Below the pieces are notes generated by a model. That model ran no database searches and had not been told where the DNA came from. It saw only the letters and a program-made list of their open reading frames with translations. Position numbers and translations under genes: made by a program. A DNA stretch of 64,000 bases from Malacoraja senta (taxonomy: Eukaryota), in contig CM075990.1 of the NCBI GenBank assembly GCA_038087875.1, positions 1,986,001 to 2,050,000 of the forward strand. The letters are read 5' to 3'. The stretch's first letter is position 1, and the number at the start of each line of letters is the position of its first letter. Positions 24,571 through 36,981 of this stretch are shown here, piece by piece.

Positions 24571-25324
24571 ATATTTTCATTTTCAAACCACATTAAGGGC
24601 ACTCACAGTTGAGTAGACATGTGTTCCGTGTTATTCAGAGCTCAGAGAGACGTGACCCTCTCGCTTCCTCCATCTTGCAGAAACTGAGTGAGGCACACCA
24701 CTTCCGGGGTTTATAGTCCCTCTCCCCTCCCACCAGCAGGGGCAGCAGAGAGAATGGCGAAACCTTTGAAAACATTAATATCTCTCTGATTTTTCATCGA
24801 TGGGAAAAATCCGCCGGTCCAGTCCGGCGGAGGGGGGCTCTGAGCGAGGCGGCCAAAAATGACGGCTGTAAGTGGCGGCGTTATCTCGGAAATCACATCG
24901 CAGTGAGTCAAAAGCGGTCAAGATCTTACTTTTAGTAATATAGATAAGCCAGGATAGCATTGGTGTGGGGGGATCGCTGGTCAGCGCAGACTTGGTAGGC
25001 CGAAGGGCCTGTTTCCATGCTGTATCTCTAAACTAATCTAAACAGGATGACTAGTGGTCAGTTTACAAGTTGCTCTGAGAAGCCTCTCGCCTTACACATC
25101 CACAATAATTCATTGTAGGTTGATACAAAGTTTGGCTTGCATTTCGCTGTAAACTGGAAGTGTACACTTTCAAATTGTTGATAGAAATAAAGTCTTTAGA
25201 AAGAGAGAGAAAATAATCCAGTTACAAAGTACTCTAAAAGCAACAATTGGTGTGCTTGCCAGTTTTTGTAGCTGAAGGACGAGGTGCATCCATTCACACC
25301 TCTATTCATTCTCACCTCTATAAC

Positions 25325-25820
25325 AAAATAGAGAGAGTACAGAGGAGATTTACTAGAATGTTGCCTGGGTTTCAGCACCTAAGTTACAGAGAAAGGTTGA
25401 ACAAGATAGGTCTTTATTCTTTGGAGCGCAGAAGGTTAAGGGGGGACTTGATAGAGGACTTTAAAATGATGAGAGGGTTAGACAGAGTTGACGTGGATAA
25501 GCTTTTTCCATTGAGAGTAGGGAAGATTCAAACAAGAGGACATGATTTGAGAATTAAGGGACAGAAGTTTAGGGGTAACATGAGGGGGAACTTCTTTACT
25601 CGGAGAGTGGTAGCTGTGTGGAATGAGCTTCCAGTGGAAGTGGTGGAGGCAGGTTCGATTTTATCATTTAAAAATAAATTGGATAGATATATGGACGGGA
25701 AAGGAATGGAGGGTTATGGTCTGAGTGCAGGTAGATGGGACTAGGTGAGAGTAAGTGTTTGGCACGGACTAGAAGGGCCGAGATGGCCTCTTTCCGTGCT
25801 GTAATTGTTATATGGTTATT
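25325..25820 (+). mobile_element. CR1 3' fragment (different subfamily)
   Basis: IERVQRRFTRMLPG...LERRRLRGDLIE...WNELP. Confidence 0.9.
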
Positions 25821-28644
25821 ACAACCGTTCAGTGGCTGTGTTTCCCTTGGAGCGGCTGGCTTGCTTGTATTTGTGAGATGCAGGCTCTGTCTGCACAGGG
25901 CCTCAGATAGTTAATTCCCTTTGCACTCAATTTGTACTCTTCTCTGACTTTTACGGTTGATGCTGTTATCAGACGACACAATGGACCCTGCCAAGTTAAC
26001 GGTGCAATCCCAACCTATCTCATTGTAACTAATACAAATGAGTGTCGAATATTAGGGATGTGTGTGTGCAATGGAGTTAAAAATGGATTTTCTTTTATTG
26101 ATTTCAGCAATTGATATTTTAAATGAAAAAAGGGGAGATACAGCTTGCATTTCGAACCACAAATGCAACTGAAACTTCCAGGAATGAGAAACGTATAACA
26201 AACAAATCTTCAGCAAATTGTTCAAAATCACAATTACTGGCTCTGCGAATGAAGTCACCACAATCGGGATGATGTCGGTCGGTCAGAAGAGAGAGAGTGA
26301 ACTGCACGTGAACCACAGCGAGCACCACACTGCTGAGGTATGACTGACTGACTCTCTGATGGGGGCAGGGGTGAATTTAGTGCCTTCACATGAGCAGCCC
26401 CAGGGAGTGATTGCTTCTTCAATGCGGACCTGCCCCCCGACAAAACTCTTGCCCACACGCTTTAGGACCGGGGGGGGGGGGTCCGCCGCATTGTACTGTT
26501 GGCTGTGTATTGGTAAGTCATCTGTCTGTCTGCGGGGCTGGGATGGCTGGCTCTGGAGGGTGGGTGGGCTTGCGCCATCGTGCCTGGAGGGGTCGGGGGG
26601 TAGGTGGGTGGCGCCAGAGGTAATGACAAGGCCGCCCGCCTTGGTGGATTTGTAACGAGCCAAGTTTACGGTTGAGGAGGAGAGGCAGCAAGTGGCTGGC
26701 TGGCTGGTGGAGGGGAAAGGCAAGGCCAGGTGAGCAACTTGCTGTGCACCTTGTGACTTTGTGCGTCTGAGTTTCAGCTTCAGCCGAGCCCGGTGTGTTG
26801 CAGGTGCGACACACTGCTTGGGTCCCTGTGAGGGCAAACACTGAGGGGGTGGGTGATGGCTCCTTGATCTACAAACCCTCAGCCTGACCATCACCTTGAT
26901 CTCAACACAACTTCCTGCTCCTTCGTTGGGACGAGTCAGGAAAGATTTCTCTCGCAGAGATTCTTCACCATCACCCGAGCAGTGTTGTCAATCCCTTGTC
27001 CTCCTTCCAGGGCACTCTTTGCATGGCCATCGCAACGGAGACAGTGAGCAGAATTTTCTTCTGGAATGAGAGTTACGTTGCCTGTCAGTCTCGATCCGTA
27101 AAAAGACTCAAGGACTCAAATCATTAACCATCAGCAATTAGTTGATTTTATATGCGCAAGGGGAGATGTGTTTCAGATAAAGGCTGTGATCACATTTCCA
27201 ATGTTAGTCGGCATAGCAGGATATTTATACACTAAGGTGATGACTTTTGATAATGTGAAGTAGATCAATGTGTTAATCATCAGGTCTGCTCGTAATATAC
27301 ACAACGGCGATGGCTTTTGATGATGTGAGGTAGATCAATGTGTTAATCACGTTGCTGAGTTTGCATTAATCACCTAGGTTGAACATTATTGTGTGAACTA
27401 TCCCATTATACTTTGCAGTACTAAAGGTTTTACTTCTATGCTCCCTCCTCTTTTTCCTTTAGGACATCTGGCTGATCTTTTTCTACCATAATAGTGAGTG
27501 TGTGAAACTCTTCTTTAACAATCTTACCTGGGTCGATTGGTTGCGCGAGCATTAGCGCTAGTCTTGTGGTGACAAGGGCTGTAGCTGCCTGACTCAGCAA
27601 CGTCGGATCAGGGCAGCAACACAGTAAAAGGTGGTGAATATGACAACAACTACGATGAGACTCTGTAGTAGGCTGGTACAGATGCTTCCCAGCCACCCTG
27701 ACACAAAACCCCTCTGGGCCCAAGAACTGGTTGGCTCTTAGTGTAACTTTGCGGATTCCTTGCGAATATAGTTTGCTTGATGAATAATATTTTCGGAATT
27801 ATCCGGGACTTGTGATGATATTGAGTTTACCCGTCCAAGAGCCCAAAATTAAAGTCAAGACTTTAAGTCTTATCTGTTATAGAAACATAGAAAATAGGTG
27901 CAGGAGTAGGCCATTCTGACCTTCGAGCCAGCCCCATCTTTCAAAATGATCGTGGCTGATCATCCAAAATCAGTACCCCATTCCTGCTTTCTCCTGTTAA
28001 AGAAAACTTTAAAATACAACACAAAGATCGGGTAAGACAATGAAGACTTTGTTCAAGAGTGCCAAATACAGTGATCACTGGGAGCAATCTAGGGAATTGC
28101 TCAACGAACAAAGATCCTTATACAGAATTTTGTTTATTGCAGAAGACACTTTAGAAGTTTTTCTTCTTCCAAATGGTCCAAAAACAAACATACATTGTGC
28201 ACCTCCGAAAGGCACAGCAGAGTAAACAAAGCCCAATTCCACACCATTACAGATAAGAAAATGTCCTGTTACCCATTCCACCTTATTTTATTCTTTTATG
28301 ATTGCCATTTGTCCTTTGACAACAGAGAACAGAATCTGACTAAAGGACCTGTCCCAATTGGGCGACATTTTCGGCAACAGCCTGAAAAGAGGTTGTCGCG
28401 GGGTGACGCATTTAATGAAGCGCGGTGTCTCCCTGCCGCCGCTGGATTTTGGAATGTTGAAAAAATGTCTGCGACATCTGCGTGTCTTATCATGTCGTGC
28501 GCCCTGTCGCACGCTGACGTAGGCTGTCCTGCGGGTGACGCATGGTGACACAAGGTCATGACCTCTACTAATTCATTTTGTGTGATCATACGTCACCATG
28601 CGTCAAGATGCGTCACGGCGCGTCATTTGAGCGCCGTACTACGT

Positions 28645-29400
28645 CTTATTCTTGTGAATGAAATATAAACCAAAGGAATAGTTAGATCTCAAGCCGGGTG
28701 TTGAGCAGCTAGGTTCTTGTCTCAGCATCAATGTCTGCCGGGCCCTGAGTTCCATTTAGTGGGTGGAAGAGCGGGCACCCAGAGATGGTTGGCTGTCTGT
28801 TCTGCTCCGCATTCACAGGCTGGGCTCTGGCGGAGTCCCCATCTCCACATGCTGGCATTGAAACGGCCAACTCCAGTACGGAATCTGTTGAGCTTCACCC
28901 ATGCTCCTCTGGGGAGGTCAGACCCTGGACAGCTTTTAACTGGTGAAGAGTTGTAGCTGTGTAATGGAGATGATGTTGCCTTCCACTCCTGTGACCACTT
29001 GGTGGCTATCCAGTGTGCTTTTGTCTCAGTTGGCTGGATGGATGCAAGGAGATGTTTTCCATGTGGAGCAAAGGGGTGACGGGACTTCAGTCAGGGTGGC
29101 CTCTGCTCTCTGCTGATAGCCTGATGGAGGTGGTGATCTGGGTCCATGGCACGACGCGATAGTGCCAGAGTTGCTGCTTGCCTTCGGATCCCTGCAGGTG
29201 GAATGCCTGCAAGTATAGGGAGCTGCTCGACTGGAGTAGGTTGAAGGCACCCAGTGATGGTTCGTAATGTGCTGTTCAGGCTGGTGTCTACCAGGCTAGT
29301 ATGTCTACTTCTACTCCATACGGGTGCGCAGTACTCAGCTGGGGCATACGCAAGAGCTAAGGCAGAGGTGTGAAGAGTTCATAGACTGGCTCCCCAACGT
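28645..29400 (-). mobile_element. Ingi/Vingi-like non-LTR retrotransposon 3' fragment
   Basis: WGA...TSALALAYAPAEYCAPVWSRSRH...LRTITGCLQPTP...LAGIPP; later LNRFRTGVGRFNASMWRWG...CECGAEQT. Confidence 0.75.
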
Positions 29401-29505
29401 GTTCCTTTATATACCCGCGTGATCACGCTGCACCACGTGATCACGCGGGTATATAAAGCGCCGACTTTCAAAACTTTTTTCACTTGCAACGGAGACGATC
29501 GTAAA

Positions 29506-30845
29506 ATGTCACCCAAGAGAAGTAGGGTTCATCAGACGAGCAAGACACAACGAAAACCAACCATGCAGGTGAAGAAGGGTTTCGGCCGAAACGTTTCCTA
29601 TTTCCTTCACTCCATAGATGCTGCCTCACCCGCTGAGTTTCTCCAGCATTTTTGTCTACCTTTGATTTTCCAGCATCTGCAGTTCCTTCTTAAACATGCA
29701 GGAGAAGACCCAGGTTGAGCAGATAGAGGTCGAGGAGGAGGAGACCATGGAGGTGAACATGAAGGGGGCTCATGGCCACAGCACCACCCCACTCAGGGCC
29801 ACATTTTCCAAAGCTGCTGCTGTTGCTGCTTTTGCTGCTGCTGCTACAGTTGCTAGATTTGCTGTAGATTGGGATTCCAATTTTGCTGAGGATACTAATG
29901 CCTCAACTGAGCCAGTTGAGATCAAGAAGAAGAGGCAAATGGTCACGAAGCCATATGATTTCGGCTGGGAACAAGAGGGGGGCCTGGTAGATTGGTATCA
30001 GGCCAACTTTGAGCTGTATGATAAAAACAGCAGACATTTTAGAAACAAGGAACGAAAGTACTTGTTGCTTGAGATCAAGGCGAAGGAGTTCCCTGGCTGC
30101 ACTTATAAGTACACACTTACTTTGTTGTTTGTCTGCATTTCTGTCATTATAATTACAATCATAATTAAAATTACAACTTGTTCCACACTGATCTTCATTC
30201 ATTCTATGTTTTCACAGACGACCAACTGTGCCAATGGTTTAAGAGCCAGAGGACAAGGTAGGCAAGCTGTCGCACAGTTTGCACAAGTCTGGCTCTGGCA
30301 GTAAATTCGTGACCCAGAAGCAGCAGTGGATAGTAGAAAAATGGACCTTTATAAAGAACCATATCATTCGAGTGGAGAAGAGGCAGAGCACCAAGAAGGT
30401 GATTATTATCAAAAAATATTTTGACATTGATAATTTGATTGTCATCTTCCTTGCCACATCCTGATGGTCTTAAAATTTGTGATACACATTTATTTTCTTC
30501 CAGTTTAACAAGGAGAAACCACAGCGTGCCATCTCCAGTGAGGATGAGCTGGATCCTCTTGAGGGACCCACTGGATCCACCACCCAGACCAGTCAGGAGC
30601 ACAGCCATGAGAAGCAGACCATTGCCATCCCCACTGCAGGCTCCAGCACAACTGCAGCTGAGGAACAACTGACAGGCAAGTCAGCGGCAGATGATCAAAC
30701 AAGTCAGCGGGAGATGATCAAAGAACCTCCTCTGCAAAGCAAAACAAGCTACACATAAGTCATTGCAAGCAAGGAGTGCATCTACATCGTACATCTACAC
30801 CCCAGTCCTCCTCACCCAGCAGGGAGTTTTAAGTAGGCATAAAAG
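29506..30845 (+). pseudogene. Harbinger MADF/Myb-SANT DNA-binding protein gene, intron-containing, disabled
   Basis: MSPKRS...; LVDWYQANFELYDKNSRHFRNKERK...CT|YDQLCQWFKSQRTR...SGSG...QWIVEKWTFIK; introns 30105-30217 and 30399-30503; pLTR insertion 29570-29694. Confidence 0.8.
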
Positions 30846-30868
30846 GTAAGAAATCAATATTCTTATTG

Positions 30869-33398
30869 AATCTTGGTTCGACCGCAGAACCAACCAATCC
30901 CCGTCTACTGATACTCTCCTCCGCCTAGTCCTCACCCTTAACAACTTTTCGTTTGACTACTCCCATTTATTCCAAACACAAGGCTTAGCTATGGGCACGC
31001 GCATGGGCCCAAGCTGTGCCTGCCTCTTTGTAGGGTACGTCGAACAATCTTCGTTCAAGGCGTACCATGGCTCTATCCCCGAACTCTACCTCCGCTTCAT
31101 TGGCGCTACCTCCTGCACCCATACACAACGTACTGACTTCATCCATTTCACCACTAACTTCCATCCGGCACTCAAATACACCTGGACCATTTCCGATATT
31201 TCCCTACCATTTCTAGACCTCACTATCTCCATCGCAGGTGATAGACTACTGACCAACATCTACTATCAACCCACTGACTCCCATGGCTATCAGGACTACA
31301 CTTCCCACCCTGCTTCCTGTAAGGACTCGATCCCCTACTCCCTTTTCCTCCGTCTACGCGCATCTGGACCCAGGATGAGGTGTTCCAAACCAGGGCATCG
31401 GAGATGTCCTCATTTTTCAGGGAATTGAGGTTCCCCTCTTCTACTATAGATGAGGCTCTCACCAGGGTCTCTTCTATATCCCGTAACTCTGCTCTCACTC
31501 CCCATCCCCCCATTCGTAAAAACAGCAAAATCCCCCTTGTCCTCACCTTCCACCCGACCAGCCATCACATACAACAAATAATCCTCCAACATTTTCACCA
31601 CCTCCAACGGGATCCTACCACTGGCCTCATCTTCCCATCTCCTCCCCTGTCTGCTTTCCGTAGAGGCCGCTCTCTCCGTAACTCCCTGGTCAATTCGTCC
31701 ATTCCCACCCAAACCAACCCCTCCCCTGGCAATTTCCATGGCAACTGCAGGAAATGCTACACTTGTCGCTTTACCTCTCCGCTTGACTCCATTCAAGGAC
31801 CCAAGCAGTCTTTCCAGGTGCGGCAGAGGTTCACCTGCACCTCCTCCAACCTCATCTATTGTAGCAATGTTACAAAATTTTGAGATTTTAAAAATCAAGT
31901 CTGTAATTTATCCCATCAGATAAAGCATAAAAAGAAGTTTAAGTTGACACCTAATTCACTTTCATATCTTCAGTATTAAAAAAGTTATGGCCATTTTCAT
32001 ACTCGGAAATTAGCATCTTGTTCCCTATTGCTTTTTCATTGACTTAACACAAAAGCTGTGATCGAGGACAGTCAAAAGCCCATAACTTTCTTAAAAATTA
32101 AGAGAACTGAAAGAAATTTTCAGTTGTTATAGATTGAAGCATTCTGAAACAAATATGAAACAATCTTAATTAGACGACCTGAAATTAAAGCATATAATTA
32201 GTTAGTTACCTAATTGTAGCTAATTACAAAATTCAATTACTAGATCTAAACATCTATCAATTTCTTAAGAATAGATTAACATTTTTAAAAAGCCTAAGTG
32301 TCCGAATAACACTCACACAAGAATTCACAATATAACATAATTTTTAAATCTCATTGTCATGGATTTATAGGCCAAATGGAAGGAATTTAATGTTTAACAC
32401 CTGTAAATTAATGGCCATTTAAATCATCTTGCGAGTGGGTTTTTCTGGAACGCGATCGATTGGAACGTTGCATTTGCGGTGAATTTAAACCCGTATCGGC
32501 ATGAAAAATACTGCCGGTTAGTTCAGGGAAAAAAATCACCGTTTCGCAACTTAAAATGTGAATTAAAGGCACCTTAAGGAGCACTTTTATACATAAACTA
32601 AACGGCTTTCGTTTACCTGTCCCGTGCGTGAAATCCGTCCCCGTTGTCGGCGTTGACGGCTTTAGAAGCTGATTTTAAAATAACTCCAGCGCTGAACTTG
32701 TTGGGGGATTTTTAAAACAAAATACACAGAACGCCCGTCGGAACGATTCTTCAACGAAATATAATACAGGACAAGGTAGGAGAAACCCGCGTTTTAACCC
32801 CGCCCCCCCCTCAAAGGCGCCAAAATAGCGCACACGGCCAGTGGCAGAATTGCAGCGCCGCTGGAGGTAAGTATTGTAACATACCTATCTATTGCATCCG
32901 CTGCTCTAGGTGTCAGCGGCTCTACGTCAGTGAGACCAAGCGTAGGCTTGGCGATCACTTGGCCCTACACCTCTGCTCGGTTCGCAATAACCAACCGGAT
33001 CTCCCGGTGGCTCAGCACTTCAACTCCCCTTCCCATTCCGAATCCGACCTTTCTGTCCTGGGCCTCCTCCATGGCCAGAGTGAGGCCCACTGTAAATTGC
33101 AGGAGCAGCACCCCATATTTCTCTTGGGCAGTTTACACCCCAGCGGTATGAACATTGACTTTTCCCATTTCAGGTAGTCCCTGCTTTCTCCTCCCCTTCC
33201 CAGCTCTCCCTCAGCTCTGTCTCCGCCTCTTCCTTTCTTCTTCCCACCCCCCCCCCACCCTCACATCAGTCTGAAAAAGGGTCTCGTCCCGAAGCGTTGC
33301 CTATTTCCTTCGCTCCATAGATGCTGCCTCGCCCGCTGAGTTTCTACAGCATTTTTGTATACCTTCGATTTTCCAGCATCTGCAGTTCCTTCTTAACG
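30869..33398 (+). mobile_element. Penelope-like element, 5'-truncated (RT C-terminus, GIY-YIG, pLTR), 10-bp TSD
   Basis: GLAMGTRMGPS, LPFLDLTI, FTCTSSNLIYCI.C..C...YV.ETKR motifs; TSD attcttattg at 30859-30868 and 33399-33408. Confidence 0.92.
31862..32887. mobile_element. Non-autonomous DNA transposon, copy 2, perfect 7-bp TSD
   Basis: Same TIRs as 4719-5762; TSD tctattg at 31855-31861 and 32888-32894; removal restores PLE NLIYCIRC. Confidence 0.92.
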
Positions 33399-33669
33399 AT
33401 TCTTATTGTAGTTGCAAATACATACTGTATGTTTAATATGGTACTGACTAAGTAGATCTATATTAACAATAATCAATTAATTTAGTGCCAAAATACTCAG
33501 GAATCATTGAAACTTTGTGCAAGGAAAGGTTGTCAGAATGGCTAAAACCCATGAGTTTCATGAGCCCCTGGACCCCACCCGCAAGTGCTCGATTGCTTCG
33601 CTCGCTCGCTCGCAAAAATCTCCCTGATTGAGAAATCCCAATGTTGGCAGCTCTGTACTTATGAGTAAA

Positions 33670-36600
33670 ACTGCATCATGATGAATAGCCAACACAGCAC
33701 CAGGGTTTCAGCCCCTGATTATACTAACCAGCTATCTCTTCCTACGGGCCTACATGTAGAGCAAAATGACGCAGCAACTCCAAACCTCATCCGAAGATTT
33801 GATGGACCTCCCAGAGCGGGACCAAGTCGAGCCCCAATTCGCGGAGTTGATGTTGATAAACCACAGGAAAGGGTGGCCCTACTAACCGCAAAAAAAGACT
33901 ATTGGTATCAGAATATGGAATGTTCGAACACTGGATCAGGAAGGAAACCTTGAAATTAAATGGAAAACTTTCATTGGGAAATTTTGGGAGTAGCAGAAAG
34001 ACACTGGACCGAATCGGGGGAATTATTCAATTAAGGATACAAGATTTTATGTGCTGGAAATGACACAATACACCGAGCAGGAGTCGCACTTATTCTTACT
34101 AAGACAGCGCAAAATGCACTTCTTGGATATAACCCAATTTCAGCACGCCTCATATCGGCAAGATTCAAAACACAGAACGGAGCAATGACCATTCTATAAG
34201 TGTACGCCCCAAACTCAGCTGATGTTTGATGAATTCTATGATCTTCTCCAAAGTACTGTTAATAGAACTCCGAAAAGTGATGCTCTCATCATCATGGGAG
34301 ACTTAAATGGCAAAGTCGGAACCGACTGGCAACAATGGGGAAAATACCATAGGCAAACATGGATATGGCAAAGTAAACTAGCGAGGTGAAAAACTTGTGA
34401 ATTTCTGCACCGTAAATAACTTATGTATTAATCACACAATGTTTAAACAGAAAAAGGATTCCAGACAATGGACATGGGGTTCTCCAGATCAAGCAACACA
34501 CAACAAAATAGACTACATCATGATAAGCAATGTGGGAAAACTGTGTGCAAAATGCCAGAAGCGCTGACATTGGATCTGACCATCAGCTTGTAATAGCTAA
34601 TATACGCATGAAATTCAATACAATCAAGAAAGCCAAATATCCAAAGCAGTATGTTATTTCAGACTCAAAAACCCAGATACTAGAAGTGATAATGAAATTG
34701 AAATTGGAGGACGCTTTGCTCCACTTATGGAGCAGGACGATTGCGACACAGAAAGCATGTGCACGGAAATTAAAAATGCCTTTAGCGAGACATCAAAGAA
34801 AGTTCTCGGATACTCTGAACATTTATAGCCCATTATCTGTTTATTTGCACTTTATCAGTTTATTTATTCATGTGTGTATATATTTATATAATGGTATATG
34901 GACACACTGATCTGTTCTGTATTCATGCCGACTATGTTCTGTTGTGCTGAAGCAAAGCAAGAATTTCATTGTCCTATCAGGGACACATGACAATAAATTG
35001 TCTTGAATCTTGAATCTTGAAAAGAGCCAAAAGGAGAAAACCCTGGATCAGTGAAGAAGTTGTCCAGCTTACCAAGGAAAGAAGCGAAGCCAAACAAGAG
35101 AAACTTCTTGATCCAACCAAACGAAGCAGACACAACTACCTAAATCGTGAAATCAAGAGAAAAACCAAAGAATGCCGTGACAAGTGGCTCATAGAGTTAT
35201 GCGTCAAAGTAGACCAAGCACATCAAGCTGCTAACTCCAAAGACGTTTACTCAATAATTGAGAAAATTACAAGGAAATCCACCACCAAAATGCAGATGGT
35301 AAAAAGCAAAGAGGGAGAAATACTTACTAAAATTGATGATGTCAAAGGAAGATGGAAAGAGAATGTCCAAGACCTCTACAACAAGCAAAACCCAGTTGAC
35401 GAAGAATTCACAAATACCATCCCCCCAATACCAATCACTACTGTGGAACCAGTTATTCTGCACGACGAGATCGTCAGCTCAATTAGAAAGCTTTCTGATG
35501 GAAAAGCCCCAGGCTATGACACCATTACTGGAGTAGAACTGAAAGCAGCTGGATACAAAGGAATTGATATTATACACAAACCGCAAGAAAATATGGGACG
35601 CAGAAGAATTTCCCAATGACTGGGGAAAGGCAATCATTATACCAATCTACAAGCAAATAGACAGCTAGACTGTGGTAATTATAAGGGAATCAGCCTGCTT
35701 AATCATGCATGCAAAATATTCATCCCAACACTTCAAAAACGCATCACGAAAAGGGCAGAAGAGATTCTATCAGAAGCCCAAGCGGGGTTTAGACCAGGTT
35801 GGTCATCCATAAATCAACTGTGCACTTTAAGACAAACAATGGAAAAACACCTCGAAAAGAAAAAATAATTCTTCTGTTGCTATATCGACTTTGAAAAGAC
35901 CTTTGATTCTGTGTGGCAGGAGGGATTGTGGAAGGCACTGGTTTCTTTGGTTTTTCGAACAAAATTATAAGGCCACTAAAAGCACTTTACCAGAAATCTA
36001 CAAGTGCTGTAAGAGTGAATGGGGAACTAACAGATTGGTTTACCACTGCAGTTGGAGTGCGACAAGGGTGTGTGATCTCACCACAGCTATTTAACATCCT
36101 GCTTGAACTGGTCATGTTGTATGCATTGCACGACACAAATATAGGCGTAAATATCCAAGGTCAGCTCCTAAATAACCTGCGCTTTGCAGATGACATCGCA
36201 CTTGTTGCTGCGAGTGAAACTGACCTCCAGACTCTGGTAAACCTCGTACATGAAAGCAGTAAAGCAGTGGGACTGAAAATCAACTTAGGAAAAACACAAG
36301 TGCACGCAATCTCCAAAGAGAACATAAAAATAAATATCAAAATCAATGGTACATCATTAGCTCAGGTTGAGGAGTTCACATATCTAGGAGGGAAGATATG
36401 ACAAACTGGATCCTGCTCCGAAGACATAACATTACGTGTTGGGAAAGCAGTTGGGACTGTTCAAAACCTCCAAAAGATATGGAGCGCCAAAGACATCCGA
36501 AGCAGCACCAAGATTGAGCTCTATAAAGTACTTGTGCTCTCAATACTGTTGTATGGAGTGGAAACCTGGACACTAAAGAAGGAAGATGAAAACAGACTGT

Positions 36601-36965
36601 CAACATTTGAAATGATGTGCCTTCGCAAATTAATGAGAGTGTCATGTTTCGACACCATACGTGCAACCCTTGGTATGGAATTAACCATTCTGGACAGAAT
36701 TACAACAAAAAGTCTACATTACATCGGCCAAATCTAGCGAATGCCACCATCACGCTTTCCCAAACGTGTCCATGGAAACCGCCCAAGAGGAAGACCATTA
36801 AAAAGATGGAGTGACTGCCTGAAAGCAGACTGCAGCAAAAAGAACATCAACTCTCTGGTCAGAGCTAGCAGGCTAGCTAAGGACAGAAGAGAGTGGCAGG
36901 ACATCATGAAGCAGATGTCACCACTCAACCCCAAGTTGGAGTGAACGCCATAGGTAGATAGATAG
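33670..36965 (+). mobile_element. RTE-clade LINE, near full length, degenerate
   Basis: APE motifs GVALIL, VYAP, IIMGDLNGKVG, THNKIDYI, DIGSDHQLV; RT motifs GKAPGYD, QAGFRPG, GVRQGCVISPQLFN, LRFADDI, LLYGVETWTL, RPRGRP. Confidence 0.9.
34817..35020 (+). mobile_element. L2-group 3' tail inserted in the RTE
   Basis: gaatttcattgt...tgacaataaa followed by (tcttgaa)n microsatellite tail. Confidence 0.65.
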
Positions 36966-36981
36966 CACCAAAAGACAAGTA

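Larger units (their letters stand above)
21905..24944 (-). mobile_element. Non-autonomous Helitron (3040 bp), composite
   Basis: Minus strand begins TCTATATTACTAAAAG and ends hairpin GGGACCC-AAC-GGGTCCC (21916-21932), 7 nt, CTAG; inserted between host A and T without TSD (flanks rejoin as CR1 gtgaata|taagcc). Confidence 0.9.
28344..30868 (+). mobile_element. PIF/Harbinger element, left part (right TIR not found)
   Basis: TAA followed by aggacctgtcccaattgggcgac, a TIR related to that at 19799; CpG-rich subterminal region; carries a MADF gene. Confidence 0.75.

Noticed and set aside
22158..24616. Long repetitive ORFs (147-369 aa) in several frames
   Set aside because: By-products of stop-poor minisatellites; variable poly-T shifts frames between units
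27237..27358. C/D box snoRNA (TGATGA...CTGA)
   Set aside because: No terminal stem or recognisable guide; better explained by the 70-bp duplication
30105..30304. Hydrophobic transmembrane-like tail of ORF 29696-30304
   Set aside because: Read-through of AT-rich intron 1 of the MADF pseudogene
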